Shown: positions 63,407 through 64,000 of the stretch, in pieces
Numbering within the stretch: position 1 is the stretch's first letter
How the letters are laid out: every line of letters begins with the position of its first letter
NCBI RefSeq assembly: GCF_000143415.4
Contig: NW_003314294.1
Location: forward strand, 1,391,812-1,455,811
Direction: 5' to 3'
DNA length: 64,000 nt
Source of the DNA: Selaginella moellendorffii
Lineage: Eukaryota > Plantae > Lycopodiophyta
Notes under the pieces: generated by a model
Seen by the model: the letters and a program-made list of their open reading frames with translations, nothing else
Database searches by the model: none
Told to the model about the DNA's origin: nothing
Translations under genes and position numbers: made by a program

Positions 63407-63725
63407 AGCTAATTAGCATGGGTTAGCTAGGTCGACCAGGCGTAGGGAGCTACGCCCGACTCCCTGCGGGGATGTCGAATCCGTAGACGTATTCTACGGA
63501 GGTTGGGTTCGAGTCCCAACCCCCTAGTAAAGCAAGGCTGGGTTCAAGTCCCGACCCCATACTAGGGCGTGGTGAGGGGAGGAGTATAGGGACACCTATA
63601 TTCCGTTGTCATGGGCTCTTGGCCGGGGAGGCTAACTTAGGCACACCGCTAAGTGGGGGGATGCCCCCGGAGACATGGTCAACAAGTTGTAGGATAAAAC
63701 GAGACGTTCGATGTGGGCATCGAAC
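63407..63725 (+). other. Multi-hairpin structured element in the retrotransposon 3' UTR
   Basis: About 11 adjacent inverted repeats, including two tRNA T-arm-like GGGTTC(G/A)AGTCCC loops. Confidence 0.7.
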
Positions 63726-63746
63726 TTCTTCTATGGGTGGTGGAGT

Positions 63747-64000
63747 TGTAAGGAACCAACTCGCCGAGGTGTCATAGGCTAAAGGAACCCTGAAAGCATG
63801 ACCAAAATGACAAAGAGTTCCTCGGATGGGACCAAGTCGAAGATCGAGTCCAAGACCGACTCTAGGACCGAGTTCGAGATAGAGTCCGGAATCGAGTCCG
63901 AGACCGACTCGGGGACTGAGTTCGAGTCCGAGACCGAGTTCGAGACGGAGTCTGAGATCCGAAATCGTGTCTGAGTTCGAGACGGAGTCTGAGATCCGAA
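63747..64000 (+). repeat. 3' LTR (partial, truncated by the window end)
   Basis: TGTAAGGAACCAACTCGCCGAGG after the PPT; matches 57367 onward. Confidence 0.95.

Larger units (their letters stand above)
57367..64000 (+). mobile_element. Near full-length Ty3/gypsy chromovirus with two introns in integrase
   Basis: 5' LTR 57367-58522; PBS TGGTATCGGAGCC 58526-58538; gag with CYNCGEAGHFSREC; PR LIDTGA; RT YIDD; RH DTDASDFA; IN HHCC/DDE; GPY; chromodomain YEVEAIL..VKWKGF..TWEP; PPT GGGTGGTGGAG 63735-63745; 3' LTR from 63747 running off the window. Confidence 0.96.

Noticed and set aside
63420-63570. Bona fide tRNA gene
   Set aside because: Only T-arm-like hairpins; no acceptor stem or anticodon arm could be built.

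Overview
Eukaryotic plant nuclear DNA. The 45-60 bp introns, tightly packed genes, a centriole gene (SAS-4/CENPJ) and a Tat retroelement with RNase H upstream of RT suggest a lycophyte such as Selaginella; this is an inference. A compact six-gene island spans about 19.1-31.0 kb: LRR receptor kinase, an uncharacterised plastid-type membrane protein, RsmD methyltransferase, LIL3, SAS-4/CENPJ and an exostosin/GT47. It is flanked by nested, mostly decayed transposons: several Ty3/gypsy chromoviruses, a Tat element whose 5' LTR is split by an ~11 kb Mutator-like element, a LINE, a non-autonomous hAT-type element and TRIM-like repeats. There is also an inverted chimeric pseudo-copy of SAS-4 and exostosin fragments at 1.8-3.8 kb and a CYP28 fragment. 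The most notable signal is the near-complete chromovirus at 57.4-64 kb (LTR-PBS-gag-PR-RT-RH-IN-chromodomain-PPT-LTR). Its integrase is interrupted by two host-sized canonical GT-AG introns (47 and 52 bp) whose removal exactly restores the conserved IN motifs, and two related elements in this window lack them. The same element carries a dense chain of about 11 hairpins, two of them tRNA T-arm/B-box-like, just upstream of its PPT. There are two assembly gaps (13321-14240 and 30684-30783).
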